Origin: an uncultured Pseudobdellovibrionaceae bacterium
GTDB taxonomy: Bacteria > Pseudomonadota > Alphaproteobacteria > UBA2400
NCBI GenBank assembly: GCA_964429685.1
Contig: CAYSDE010000002.1
Span: 1-39,509, forward strand
Direction: 5' to 3'
DNA length: 39,509 nt
The position numbers and the translations under genes are program-made. The notes beneath the pieces are model-generated. The model worked only from the letters and a program-made list of their open reading frames with translations, had not been told where the DNA came from and did not search any database. Shown here in pieces: positions 26,523 through 35,199 of the stretch (position 1 is the first letter of the stretch; every line of letters begins with the position of its first letter).

Positions 26523-27665
26523 TCAGGGCGCAACATCAAGCGCGATAATCATGCCGCCCATGCCATCGGCGGAGTCCTGTTCGTCTCCCATGGTGTGATG
26601 ATTGATGTGGCAGTGAAGCATCCAGGTGCCGGGGCGGGTGGGCGACCACAGCAGGTCATAGCGCTCGCCGGGGGCGACTTCGATGGTGTCTTTGGTCAAC
26701 TGGGCAACGGTGGGCACCGGGTGACCATCGGTGGCGACGACGGTAAAGGGCGCGCCATGCATATGGATGGGATGGGAGAATGAACCGGACCCGATCAGAC
26801 GCAGCAGGATCTTGTCTCCAACCTTGGCCTGAATATGCGGGGTGGCGGGCCAGGCTTTGCCGTTAATGGTGAAATAATTGGGGAACATGCCTTCCATCGG
26901 CATTGAGGGGACATTGCCGTTCTCCTTCACCGTCCATTCTCCGAGCAGGAACGTATAGTCGGCGCTGTAGGGCTTGGCCTGACCTTCCTTGGGATCAACG
27001 ATGAAAGCGCCATAAAGCCCGAGCGCCTGCTGTTTGTCCGGCATCACATGAGTATGATAAAAGAACGTGCCGGGGGCATTGGTGATGGTGAACTCATAGG
27101 TGAAGCTTTCACCGGGTTTGACCGGCTCCTGCGAGACGCCCGGCACTCCGTCCATCTCGATCGGCACATCCAGCCCGTGCCAGTGGATCGTGGTCGGTTC
27201 GGACAGGTTGTTGGTGAAAACCACCCGCACCTTCTCGCCCTGATGCACGCGAATGGCCGGGCCGGGTACCTGACCGTTATAGGCCATGGCCGCCACCGTA
27301 ACATGTTCGCTGATCGGCCATGCGATCATGCTGGCGGTAAGGTGAAACTCCCGCACCCCGTCTTTCATTTCGCTGGCCAACTCGCCGCCGCCCAAACGAT
27401 CGGGCGCGGCTTGCGGTAGGGTGGTCGGGTTAAGCGGGGTCATGTCGTGGGCACCGCTCATATGGCCCATACCGGCCATGCTCTCGTCCTGCGGCATCAA
27501 CTGGGTTGGCTCAGCAGTAGGGGACGCGGGCAGGGGTTCCACAACCGGCGCTTCAGCAACCGGCGCAGCCATGCCGTGATCCATATGATTCGTATGATCC
27601 ATTTGGGCCAGAGCCAGTGCAGGCAAGGCAACCGAAAGCAGCAGGGCAGACAGAAAACGGGTCAT
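26523..27665 (-). CDS. Secreted multicopper oxidase, compact (two-domain-sized) form with a Met/His-rich N-terminal stretch
   Basis: Signal peptide MTRFLSALLLSVALPALALA. All four copper motifs are present in 380 aa: HWHG, YHTH, HPIHMHG, HCHINHHTM. Confidence 0.8.
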   Translation of the reverse strand: MTRFLSALLLSVALPALALAQMDHTNHMDHGMAAPVAEAPVVEPLPASPTAEPTQLMPQDESMAGMGHMSGAHDMTPLNPTTLPQAAPDRLGGGELASEMKDGVREFHLTASMIAWPISEHVTVAAMAYNGQVPGPAIRVHQGEKVRVVFTNNLSEPTTIHWHGLDVPIEMDGVPGVSQEPVKPGESFTYEFTITNAPGTFFYHTHVMPDKQQALGLYGAFIVDPKEGQAKPYSADYTFLLGEWTVKENGNVPSMPMEGMFPNYFTINGKAWPATPHIQAKVGDKILLRLIGSGSFSHPIHMHGAPFTVVATDGHPVPTVAQLTKDTIEVAPGERYDLLWSPTRPGTWMLHCHINHHTMGDEQDSADGMGGMIIALDVAP

Positions 27666-27740
27666 GAGTCACTCTCCATGTCGCCTCAAGAGTAGAAGCC
27701 GCCCGGAAAACGTCAACCGGGACTTAAGCGCACAGGCCAT

Positions 27741-28306
27741 TCAGTACTGTTCTCTGTCAAATGCATAATAGACGGTGGCCTTGCTGGCAGTGGCGGGACA
27801 GTTTGGCGGCCAAGGGGTGCTGACGGGCGGGTTGTAGACCCACCAGGTTGTCTCCGGTACATCAGAACAATAGGCATAACTGACGATGTTCTTCATACCC
27901 TGCAGATAGGCATACATGGTGAGGTCGGCCTGTTGTTTGTTCAACCCCGACCCTGTTATCAGGATTGCACGGTTTGTGACTAAAGGCGCGTACAGCAGAG
28001 TGACATTGAAGGAGGTGCCGGAATAGGGTTGGTTAGCTGACCGTTCTTCAAGATACTCTCTGGCACTTTGCCGCTAGCTATCAAAGTTGATGTAATATAT
28101 GTCTGCCCCGCCGGATCGCTGGGCCACATCTGGGTAGTAAAAAGCTCACGCGTACCGTTAACCATGAGCGGAATGGCTTCCTGAAGTTGCGCTCTCTTGC
28201 GCTGGTCACTCACAGCCACAGCTGCTACCCATACTCCCCCGATCACCAGCCCGATTATGGCAAGGACAATCGCTGATTCAATCAGGTTGAAGCCTTTATC
28301 TTTCAT
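27741..28306 (-). pseudogene. Type IV pilin-like gene split by a frameshift near 28026 (paralog of 5899-6516)
   Basis: ORF 27980-28306 begins MKDKG|FNLIESAIVLAIIGLVIGGVWVAAVAV. The next frame is open from upstream of the stop and continues ...NPYSGTSFNVTLLYAP...YAYCSDVPE...PPNCPATASK. That continuation aligns with NGSAVDPWGGSLDVRTPYP... of the first pilin and supplies the C-terminal Cys pair. Confidence 0.65.
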
Positions 28307-28509
28307 TATCTGTTTGTGCTTTGCAGGGAATGAAGTGCCATTCGCTCAGTGTAGCGGTCGCACCAAGGTTGTCATCAGGGAAAGTTGAAAATACTATGCT
28401 GGCCGTGCCCGATAGCGCCGCATATCCTGAAGACGCTGAGGCGTAACTCTACCTTAACCTCTGCAACTAATCGACGACCAGCTTGGGCAACTTAGCCCGT
28501 CGTTTTAGT

Positions 28510-29997
28510 TTACGGCAGCAATCCGCGCCGTTGGCACTCCAGCAAGGCCCACCGCAGATAAGGCATGATTTTTGGATGCGCCAACGCCCCGGCTATCCGG
28601 TCGTAATATACCGCCTCACACTCATAACATCCGGTGATAGTGCCGCCCCGGTCATGCCAGAAATAGACGTAAAGCGGCACTTTATGCTGCGTGATGTCCT
28701 CGGTTACAATGCCAACCAGAACGGCCTCTTCTGCTGCGATTTTAGCACCAACTTCTTCTTCCAGCTCACGCCGCATCCCTTCAAGCGGCGTTTCGCCTTC
28801 TTCGAGATGCCCACCAAACGAAGTCAGGCGGCCAGCCGAGGCCCCCCAATTCTCGGGGCGCTGTTGTAGAAGAATTTTGCCGTCATGGGTCATGACTATG
28901 CAATCCGCACAGCTCGGCGGCTCAAGACCGACCAGAGTTTCTGTATCAACCGGGCGCACCGCGTCAGTCATGACTTCAACCACCGGTGACCACACCACCT
29001 GCCGGATGTCGGTGGCGCCGGTGGCCAGCATGACCATGCGGTCAAAGCCGAGGGCGATTCCGGCGGCGGGGGGCAGGCCGAAATCAAGCGCGGCCAGAAA
29101 GTCTTCGTCGACCGGAAAGCGTTCACCATAAAGTTGTTCACGTAGATCCATGTCGGTGGTGAAGCGCTGGCGTTGCAAAACCGGGTCGGTCAACTCGCCA
29201 TAAGCATTGGCCAGTTCCAACCCCGCCACATACAGCTCGAACCGCTCGGCCACTCGCCCGTCACCGGGCTTGGGCCGGGACAGCACCGCTTGCGAGACGG
29301 GGTATTCGCACAGAAAAGTTGGCCGCCCGCTGCCCAGATTTGGTTCGATATGGTCGAGCATCAGGCGAAAGAAAACATCCTCCCAGCGGTCATCCGCTGC
29401 GACCCGGTAGCCTTTGGCCCGGGCCTCTTCTTCCAGCCGGGGCGAGTGGATGTCCAGCCCGCAATACCGCGTGAAGGCTTCAGCAACGGTCAGGATCTCC
29501 GGTTCGGCGGTAAGGTCGCAGCTGCGGCCTTCCCAAGTGGCGATCTTCCGCCCGGTGGCCTCTGCGGCAAGCCTCAGCAGGGCGGTGCAGTCGGCCATCA
29601 GGGCGGTATAGTCGGCCTGCGCCCGATACCATTCCAGCAGGGTGAATTCCGGCTGGTGGCGTTCAGTGGATTCACCATTGCGGAAAACCCGGGCGAACTG
29701 AAAAATCCGCTCCATGCCGCCCACCAGCAGCTTCTTCATGGCAAATTCCGGGCTGGTGTGCAGCCACAACTCCCGCCCGTTTTCCTTCTTCAGACCTTCC
29801 AATCGGGTCTTGAAGCCGCGCATATGTACTTCCACGCAGGGGGATACCTGCAGACAGGGCGTTTCCACTTCGTCGAAATTCTGTGTCTCGAACCAGTGCC
29901 GCCAAGCCCGCAGGACAGCCTGCCTCCCGGCAAGGGCCGAACGCCGCGCTGCCAGATTGTCGGGGTGCCACCAGAGGGCAGGGGTGCAAGTCGTCAT
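28510..29997 (-). CDS. epmA: EF-P lysine ligase EpmA (PoxA/GenX, aa 1-~338) fused to a C-terminal Nudix hydrolase domain (aa ~355-495)
   Basis: Class II aaRS-like motifs are FRNGESTERHQPEFTLLEWY, ELANAYGELTDP and GIALGFDRMVMLATG. The C-terminus carries a canonical Nudix box, GGHLEEGETPLEGMRRELEEEVGA. Confidence 0.8.
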   Translation of the reverse strand: MTTCTPALWWHPDNLAARRSALAGRQAVLRAWRHWFETQNFDEVETPCLQVSPCVEVHMRGFKTRLEGLKKENGRELWLHTSPEFAMKKLLVGGMERIFQFARVFRNGESTERHQPEFTLLEWYRAQADYTALMADCTALLRLAAEATGRKIATWEGRSCDLTAEPEILTVAEAFTRYCGLDIHSPRLEEEARAKGYRVAADDRWEDVFFRLMLDHIEPNLGSGRPTFLCEYPVSQAVLSRPKPGDGRVAERFELYVAGLELANAYGELTDPVLQRQRFTTDMDLREQLYGERFPVDEDFLAALDFGLPPAAGIALGFDRMVMLATGATDIRQVVWSPVVEVMTDAVRPVDTETLVGLEPPSCADCIVMTHDGKILLQQRPENWGASAGRLTSFGGHLEEGETPLEGMRRELEEEVGAKIAAEEAVLVGIVTEDITQHKVPLYVYFWHDRGGTITGCYECEAVYYDRIAGALAHPKIMPYLRWALLECQRRGLLP

Positions 29998-30163
29998 GAT
30001 TTCTGGGCTTTTTCCGGGGTTTGGGTTGAACCCGGACAGTCATAGTGACCACTGCCCCCGGAATCAACCGGAAAGCGGGCCTGTTCCATCTGGCCCGTTG
30101 CATCCTGCCTTTCATGCTGCTAGTTTCCGCGCACTCAGGTTTATACAGCGAGGATAAAGACTT

Positions 30164-30730
30164 ATGAAAGTGACTGCAATCGATGTTCGTCCCGGCGCCG
30201 TTCTTGAAGAAGAAGGCAAGCTCTGGCTGGTCAGCAAAATCCAGATCAACCAGCCCGGCAAGGGAGCCTCGGTCATTCAGGTCGAGATGAAGGACATCCG
30301 CTCCGGCACCAAGCGCAATGTGCGCTATCGTACGCAGGAAACGCTGGAAACAGCTGAAATGCGCAGCCATGAAATGCAGTATCTCTACACCGATGGAGAT
30401 CAGGCCCATTTCATGAATCAGGAAAATTACGACCAGATCACCATTGCGCTGGAAATGATCGGCGAGCCCTCCCGCTTCCTGCAGGACAACATGGTCTGCA
30501 ACGTTCTTTTTCATGAAGAAACGCCGGTTACGGTGGAGCTGCCCAAGTCGGTCATTCTGACCATCGCGGAAGCCGAGCCGGTCATCAAGGGGCAGACGGC
30601 GACCTCTTCCTACAAATCCGCCACGCTGCAGAATGGTGTCAAAATTCAGGTGCCGCCGCACATCACCGCTGGTGACCGGGTGGTCATCAAGACCGAGGAC
30701 GGCGCCTATATGGAGCGCTATAAGGGCTGA
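30164..30730 (+). CDS. efp: Elongation factor P
   Basis: MKVTAIDVRPGAVLEEEGKLWLVSKIQINQPGKGASVIQVEMKDIRSG has the modified-loop lysine in PGKGAS. Size is 188 aa. Confidence 0.92.
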   Translation: MKVTAIDVRPGAVLEEEGKLWLVSKIQINQPGKGASVIQVEMKDIRSGTKRNVRYRTQETLETAEMRSHEMQYLYTDGDQAHFMNQENYDQITIALEMIGEPSRFLQDNMVCNVLFHEETPVTVELPKSVILTIAEAEPVIKGQTATSSYKSATLQNGVKIQVPPHITAGDRVVIKTEDGAYMERYKG

Positions 30731-30761
30731 TTTATTCGGTTGCACTCAAAAGACGTGAAAA

Positions 30762-30801
30762 CGCCGTCCCTTCTGTCCATCTGATGACAGAGGGGACGGC
30801 G
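30762..30801. terminator. Hairpin between convergent efp and gltA
   Basis: Arms cgccgtcccttctgtc and gacagaggggacggcg form 16 bp with 1 mismatch and an 8-nt loop. On the minus strand it is followed by ttttcacgtctttt. Confidence 0.5.
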
Positions 30802-30812
30802 GTATCAAGAGC

Positions 30813-32150
30813 CTATTTCCGCTTCTCCAGCGGCACATAATCCCGCGTATCCTGACCGAGATAGAGCTGGCGGGGGCGGCTGATTTTCTGGGCTTTGTCT
30901 TCCATCATTTCCGTCCACTGGCTGACCCAGCCGACGGTGCGGGCGACGGCAAACAGAACCGTAAACATGCTGAGTGGAATGCCCATCGCCTTCAGGATGA
31001 TGCCCGAATAGAAATCGACATTGGGGTAAAGCTTGCGCTTGATGAAATACTCGTCACTCAGCGCAATCCGCTCCAGCTCCATCGCGATGTCGAGCAGCGG
31101 ATCATCCTTGATACCCAGTTCGGCCAGTACTTCATCACAGGTCTTCTTCATGACCTTGGCGCGGGGATCGTAGTTCTTGTAAACGCGATGGCCAAAGCCC
31201 ATCAAACGCGCCGTGCTGTTGGGCGACTTGACGTTTTCGATGAAGGCTGGAATTTTGTCCTTGCTGCCGATCTCCATCAGCATGTGCAACACCGCTTCAT
31301 TGGCGCCGCCATGCGCCGGGCCCCACAGCGAGGCAATGCCGGAGGCCATACAGGCAAACGGATTGGCGGCAGAAGATCCGGCGGTGCGTACCGTCGAGGT
31401 GGACGCATTCTGCTCATGATCGGCATGGAGGATAAGGATACGATCCATCGCCCTCGCCAGTACCGGATTGACCACATAGGGCTCAGCCGGAACCGCAAAC
31501 ATCATGTTGAGGAAGTTCTCGGCAAAGCCCAGATCATTGCGCGGATACACAAAGGGCTGGCCGATGGAATATTTATAGGCCATCGCCGCAATCGTCGGCA
31601 TCTTGGCAATCAGGCGGTGCGCCGAGATTTCGCGTTGGCGGGGGTCGTGAATATCAAGGCTGTCGTGATAGAAAGCTGACAGTGCGCCGACTGTACCAAC
31701 CAGCACCGCCATCGGGTGCGCATCGCGGCGGAACCCGCGCAGGAAAGCGATCAGCTGTTCATGCACCATGGTATGATGGGTGATGTCGAACTGGAATTTC
31801 TTCTTCTGCGCCGGATTGGGCAGGTCGCCATACATCAGCAGATAGCAGACTTCCATATAGTCGCTGTGATCGGCCAACTGGTTAATCGGATAGCCGCGAT
31901 GGGTGAGAACGCCTGCATCGCCGTCGATATAGGTAATGGCGCTCTCACAGGCAGCGGTCGAGGTGAAGCCGGGATCAAAGGTAAAGCAGCCGGTTTCGGC
32001 ATAAAGCTTGCGGATGTCGATGGTGTTGGGGCCAACCGTACCTCCCAATACCGGCAGCTTGAGGGTCTTGCCGGATTTTTCAAAGGTCAGGGTGACGGTG
32101 TCTACCTGCTGCGCCTGAGCGCGGGAGGGCGGGGGAAGTTCGGCGGGCAT
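30813..32150 (-). CDS. gltA: Citrate synthase (445 aa from ATG 32150)
   Basis: ...HRGYPI...[17 protein letters not shown]...[14 protein letters not shown]... are type II citrate synthase signatures. Confidence 0.92.
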   Translation of the reverse strand: MPAELPPPSRAQAQQVDTVTLTFEKSGKTLKLPVLGGTVGPNTIDIRKLYAETGCFTFDPGFTSTAACESAITYIDGDAGVLTHRGYPINQLADHSDYMEVCYLLMYGDLPNPAQKKKFQFDITHHTMVHEQLIAFLRGFRRDAHPMAVLVGTVGALSAFYHDSLDIHDPRQREISAHRLIAKMPTIAAMAYKYSIGQPFVYPRNDLGFAENFLNMMFAVPAEPYVVNPVLARAMDRILILHADHEQNASTSTVRTAGSSAANPFACMASGIASLWGPAHGGANEAVLHMLMEIGSKDKIPAFIENVKSPNSTARLMGFGHRVYKNYDPRAKVMKKTCDEVLAELGIKDDPLLDIAMELERIALSDEYFIKRKLYPNVDFYSGIILKAMGIPLSMFTVLFAVARTVGWVSQWTEMMEDKAQKISRPRQLYLGQDTRDYVPLEKRK

Positions 32151-32388
32151 GGTATCCTCTTTTCTGGGACAGGACAGAGCGAACACGCTCAAGGCTAGTG
32201 TGACCGGTGCCCCACTACAACCCAGCTTGGTTAATATTTTCTAACTGTAGTGAAGAATATGTCAGTTTGCAGGACCGGATAATTGTTGGCGGGGGGGTGT
32301 TTTTTCCGGCAAAGATTAACCATTTGCAAATAGTTCATAAATTTCATCAAACTTAGGTGATTTTTTAGATTTTGCGGGTTAGAATCTC

Positions 32389-35127
32389 TTGGTGAACGCA
32401 CCGGCTCCCCCCTTCTCTGATTCTGGCAGCGCGCCCTCGCCAACTCACGCTCTGCGTGCAATGACGCTGGCCAGTGCCATGCCAACCGCATTCCGCCTTG
32501 AGCAGCAGGGGGGGACCACCGATGTTTACAAGGAACTGGCAGCCCTGTTCGCTCAGCCCAATCCGGAAATCTTTGCAGAACACAAAAAAAACGCCGGGAT
32601 TATTTATGGTCAGACGGTATTCGCCTTTGTTGAAGCCTGTGTTGACCCCCAACTCAAACATGCCCCTCCAGCGCCAGGGCAGGTGCTGCAGGATCTGCGC
32701 GAAATATGGCTGCAGAACGGCTTTATCCCGCCGCATGAACTCAAGCTCAAGCTGATGAAGCGGTATGCGCCGGATCTGCCGCCGGTCGCCTTTGATACCA
32801 TGCAGGAACTGCTGGTATCGCGCTATAACGATCTTGAGCCGCTGACCGGGTTCCAGCGCAAACAACATGCCCCCATCACCACCGGCCTGGCCCATCTCTA
32901 CGCGATTCTGACCGACCGTCCGGTGACCATGGTTGAATTTGACTTTCTCAACATGGGCGGCACCAACGAATTCCGCCGCAAGCTGATCGCTGGCGCCCGT
33001 GGCGTTCCCGTCACCGATGTTGATGAGAGGGAAGCTTGGTCTTTCACCGATCAGGCTGCCCGCGTCATTGCCGGGATTTCCCGTGAGGCCATGCAGGTCG
33101 GGGCCCGGGATCTCGGCGTCACCGACGCCAAAATCCAGGGCTTCCGTACCGGTGGCGATGAAATGCGTCTGGTTTGTGTCGGGCTGACCCAGGAGCAATG
33201 CGACCAGATCATCCGTGATTATGTTCAGCCTGCCATCGAGCGGTTCACCGCTGAGGCCGGACTGCACGACCATGAACACGGCAAAGCCCGTGATGATGAC
33301 TGGCGGCGGGGTTTTGGCGCTGTCTGTGCGACCATTGCACTTGACCTGAACACCCAACCCGGCCATGAGCTTGAACAGGTCGATCAGAGAATTGCGGCTA
33401 ACAAGCTGGCCATGGGGGTACGCCGTCGCGGTGCTTTGCCTCCGGCTCCCGGAGTTGAGACAGGCGCTCTACCACCGCCCGCCGCTGTTTCCGCATTCGA
33501 AAATCACCTGTCGCCCGAACTGCGCGAACTGCTGCAGCTGGCCCGTAAAGCCGGTCTGGAGGATGACGAGGAAGAGAGCGGGGACGACGAAGAGGGTAAG
33601 GAAGAAAAGGCTGGTACCAGCCTCCAATATGCCACGCTGTCCCCCGGTGCCGAGGATGAGTCAACCCTTGACCCGGCCAAGGCTGGCCGCAAGCGCGTAG
33701 GCGGTGGCCGTCGCAAAAAGAAAACCAGACTCCAGAAGCAGAGCCGTCAGGAACTGGAAAAGCGCCTCGGCGGCCTTGGCATCAAACGGGATCTCAGCAA
33801 GACCCCGGATGGCGAGTTGCGCGATCTGGTGCAGGCAACCGTTGCCTACAAGCTGCAGAATAACATTCAGCGCCACGCTGCCGAATATACCGCGCTCAAG
33901 CAGCGCTGCGGCACGCTCTACGCGCCAGAGCGCAGCTTCAGCGGCAAGCCCAGCGAGTTCCGCAGTACGCAGGGCTTTGCCATGACAGCCGACCGGGCCT
34001 CGGCGCTGCTGAATGCTTCGTCTCTTGTGCTCCAAAACCGCTATGGCCGTTTTCTGACCCCACTGGCCGCGCCTCCCCGGCCTTTTCCCGATATTACGTT
34101 GCCACCCACCCTGTTCCGCACACCAATTGAGCGGGATACCCAGTTGATGCATGCTGCTCTTGATAAGCGCGGGGCCAGTCTTGATCCGGCCCAACGGAAG
34201 CTGTTCGAGCGGATGCTGGCCAGCTCCAGCCCGATTGATAGCGCCACCCGTACCTATGTCGGCGATGTCATGCCGGAAATCTTCGGCCAGTTTGCCAAAG
34301 ATGCCGGGAAGTTGCGCGAACATCTGCGCGACAACCCGGAACTGCTCGCCAAACTCCAGAATCCCAACCTTGCCGACCTCAAGGCGCGGGCCATGGCAGT
34401 ATCCATGGAAAATCTGGGCGGCATCAACAAGCTGCTCGGCCATGACAATGCCAATATCGTTCTCCATCATTTTGCCCAGAAGATCGTGCTGGACAGCTTT
34501 GCCGCCACCGGTGTCAAACTCGGGCGGGAGAATGTCGAGATCGGGCATGATGGTGGCGGTCGCATGTTGCTGGCCATCCGTCCGATTGTCAGTTCAGCTG
34601 AAGGTACCCGCATTCTTTCCGATCAGGACATCAAGGCCGCCCAGAGGGAAATTGACCGCCGCATGCAGGACTTCCGGAACGCCAACGTTTCCCGGTTTCT
34701 GGAGCAGGCGGGCGGAACCCTGCCCAAAGGGTTGGATCGCTTGATGACGATGGCGGAAATTGCCGACGGCAAAGGCCGCGCCGAATTGAGAGGGATGGAT
34801 GTAGTCAGCACCGTCATGCCGCTTGAGCATAAAAACGCTCATGGCAAGGTCATTCGCGGTGGTGAAAACAAGGACGCCCTTATTACCAAAATCGAAACGG
34901 AAATTTCTGCCAAACGCGCCGATGCGCTGGAGCGGTACACACAGGACGAGCAAAGGAGAAACGCCAATGGGCAAGGAACGCGACAAACTCATCAAACAGT
35001 ACAGTGGAACCCCCTTCTCGGAGAAGGGCAAAACCATCCGTCAGGCGGGGATGGAGGAAATAGCCCGGAGTCTGGCCAGCGGCGAGATTCCAGATCAGTT
35101 CAGCGGCCCGGCGGAGCCGGCCTATGA
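32389..35127 (+). CDS. Large orphan protein with two divergent GGDEF-like (palm) domains and an acidic/basic low-complexity linker
   Basis: Domain 1 (nt ~32830-33348) reads LEPLTGFQRK / VEFDFLNMGGTNEF / FRTGGDEMRLVCVG, with GGDEM at 33151-33165. Domain 2 (from nt ~34390) reads SMENLGGINKLLGHDNANIVLHHFA / GHDGGGRMLLAI, with GGGRM at 34552-34566. The start (TTG 32389, GTG 32392 or ATG 32461) and the true C-terminus are uncertain. Confidence 0.6.
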   Translation: MVNAPAPPFSDSGSAPSPTHALRAMTLASAMPTAFRLEQQGGTTDVYKELAALFAQPNPEIFAEHKKNAGIIYGQTVFAFVEACVDPQLKHAPPAPGQVLQDLREIWLQNGFIPPHELKLKLMKRYAPDLPPVAFDTMQELLVSRYNDLEPLTGFQRKQHAPITTGLAHLYAILTDRPVTMVEFDFLNMGGTNEFRRKLIAGARGVPVTDVDEREAWSFTDQAARVIAGISREAMQVGARDLGVTDAKIQGFRTGGDEMRLVCVGLTQEQCDQIIRDYVQPAIERFTAEAGLHDHEHGKARDDDWRRGFGAVCATIALDLNTQPGHELEQVDQRIAANKLAMGVRRRGALPPAPGVETGALPPPAAVSAFENHLSPELRELLQLARKAGLEDDEEESGDDEEGKEEKAGTSLQYATLSPGAEDESTLDPAKAGRKRVGGGRRKKKTRLQKQSRQELEKRLGGLGIKRDLSKTPDGELRDLVQATVAYKLQNNIQRHAAEYTALKQRCGTLYAPERSFSGKPSEFRSTQGFAMTADRASALLNASSLVLQNRYGRFLTPLAAPPRPFPDITLPPTLFRTPIERDTQLMHAALDKRGASLDPAQRKLFERMLASSSPIDSATRTYVGDVMPEIFGQFAKDAGKLREHLRDNPELLAKLQNPNLADLKARAMAVSMENLGGINKLLGHDNANIVLHHFAQKIVLDSFAATGVKLGRENVEIGHDGGGRMLLAIRPIVSSAEGTRILSDQDIKAAQREIDRRMQDFRNANVSRFLEQAGGTLPKGLDRLMTMAEIADGKGRAELRGMDVVSTVMPLEHKNAHGKVIRGGENKDALITKIETEISAKRADALERYTQDEQRRNANGQGTRQTHQTVQWNPLLGEGQNHPSGGDGGNSPESGQRRDSRSVQRPGGAGL

Positions 35128-35188
35128 CCCGACCAAGGGCGATCCGTTTGCCTTGCCCCCGGATAAAAAGCCGAAGGATGACAAGTAG
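34967..35188 (+). CDS. Hypothetical hydrophilic 73-aa protein overlapping the tail of the large ORF in another frame
   Basis: AAGGAG (34952-34957) lies ~9 nt before ATG 34967. Third-position G+C is high in this frame (~75% by my count) against ~47% for the large-ORF frame over the same bases. Confidence 0.55.
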   Translation: MGKERDKLIKQYSGTPFSEKGKTIRQAGMEEIARSLASGEIPDQFSGPAEPAYDPTKGDPFALPPDKKPKDDK

Positions 35189-35199
35189 TGCCCACGGCC

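Noticed and set aside
28321-28340. TGGCAC on the minus strand just upstream of the second pilin gene is a possible sigma-54 promoter, as for many type IV pilins.
   Set aside because: The downstream TGCA is 3 nt too far from the GG (GG-to-GC spacing 15 instead of 12), and TTGC is not present at the right position.
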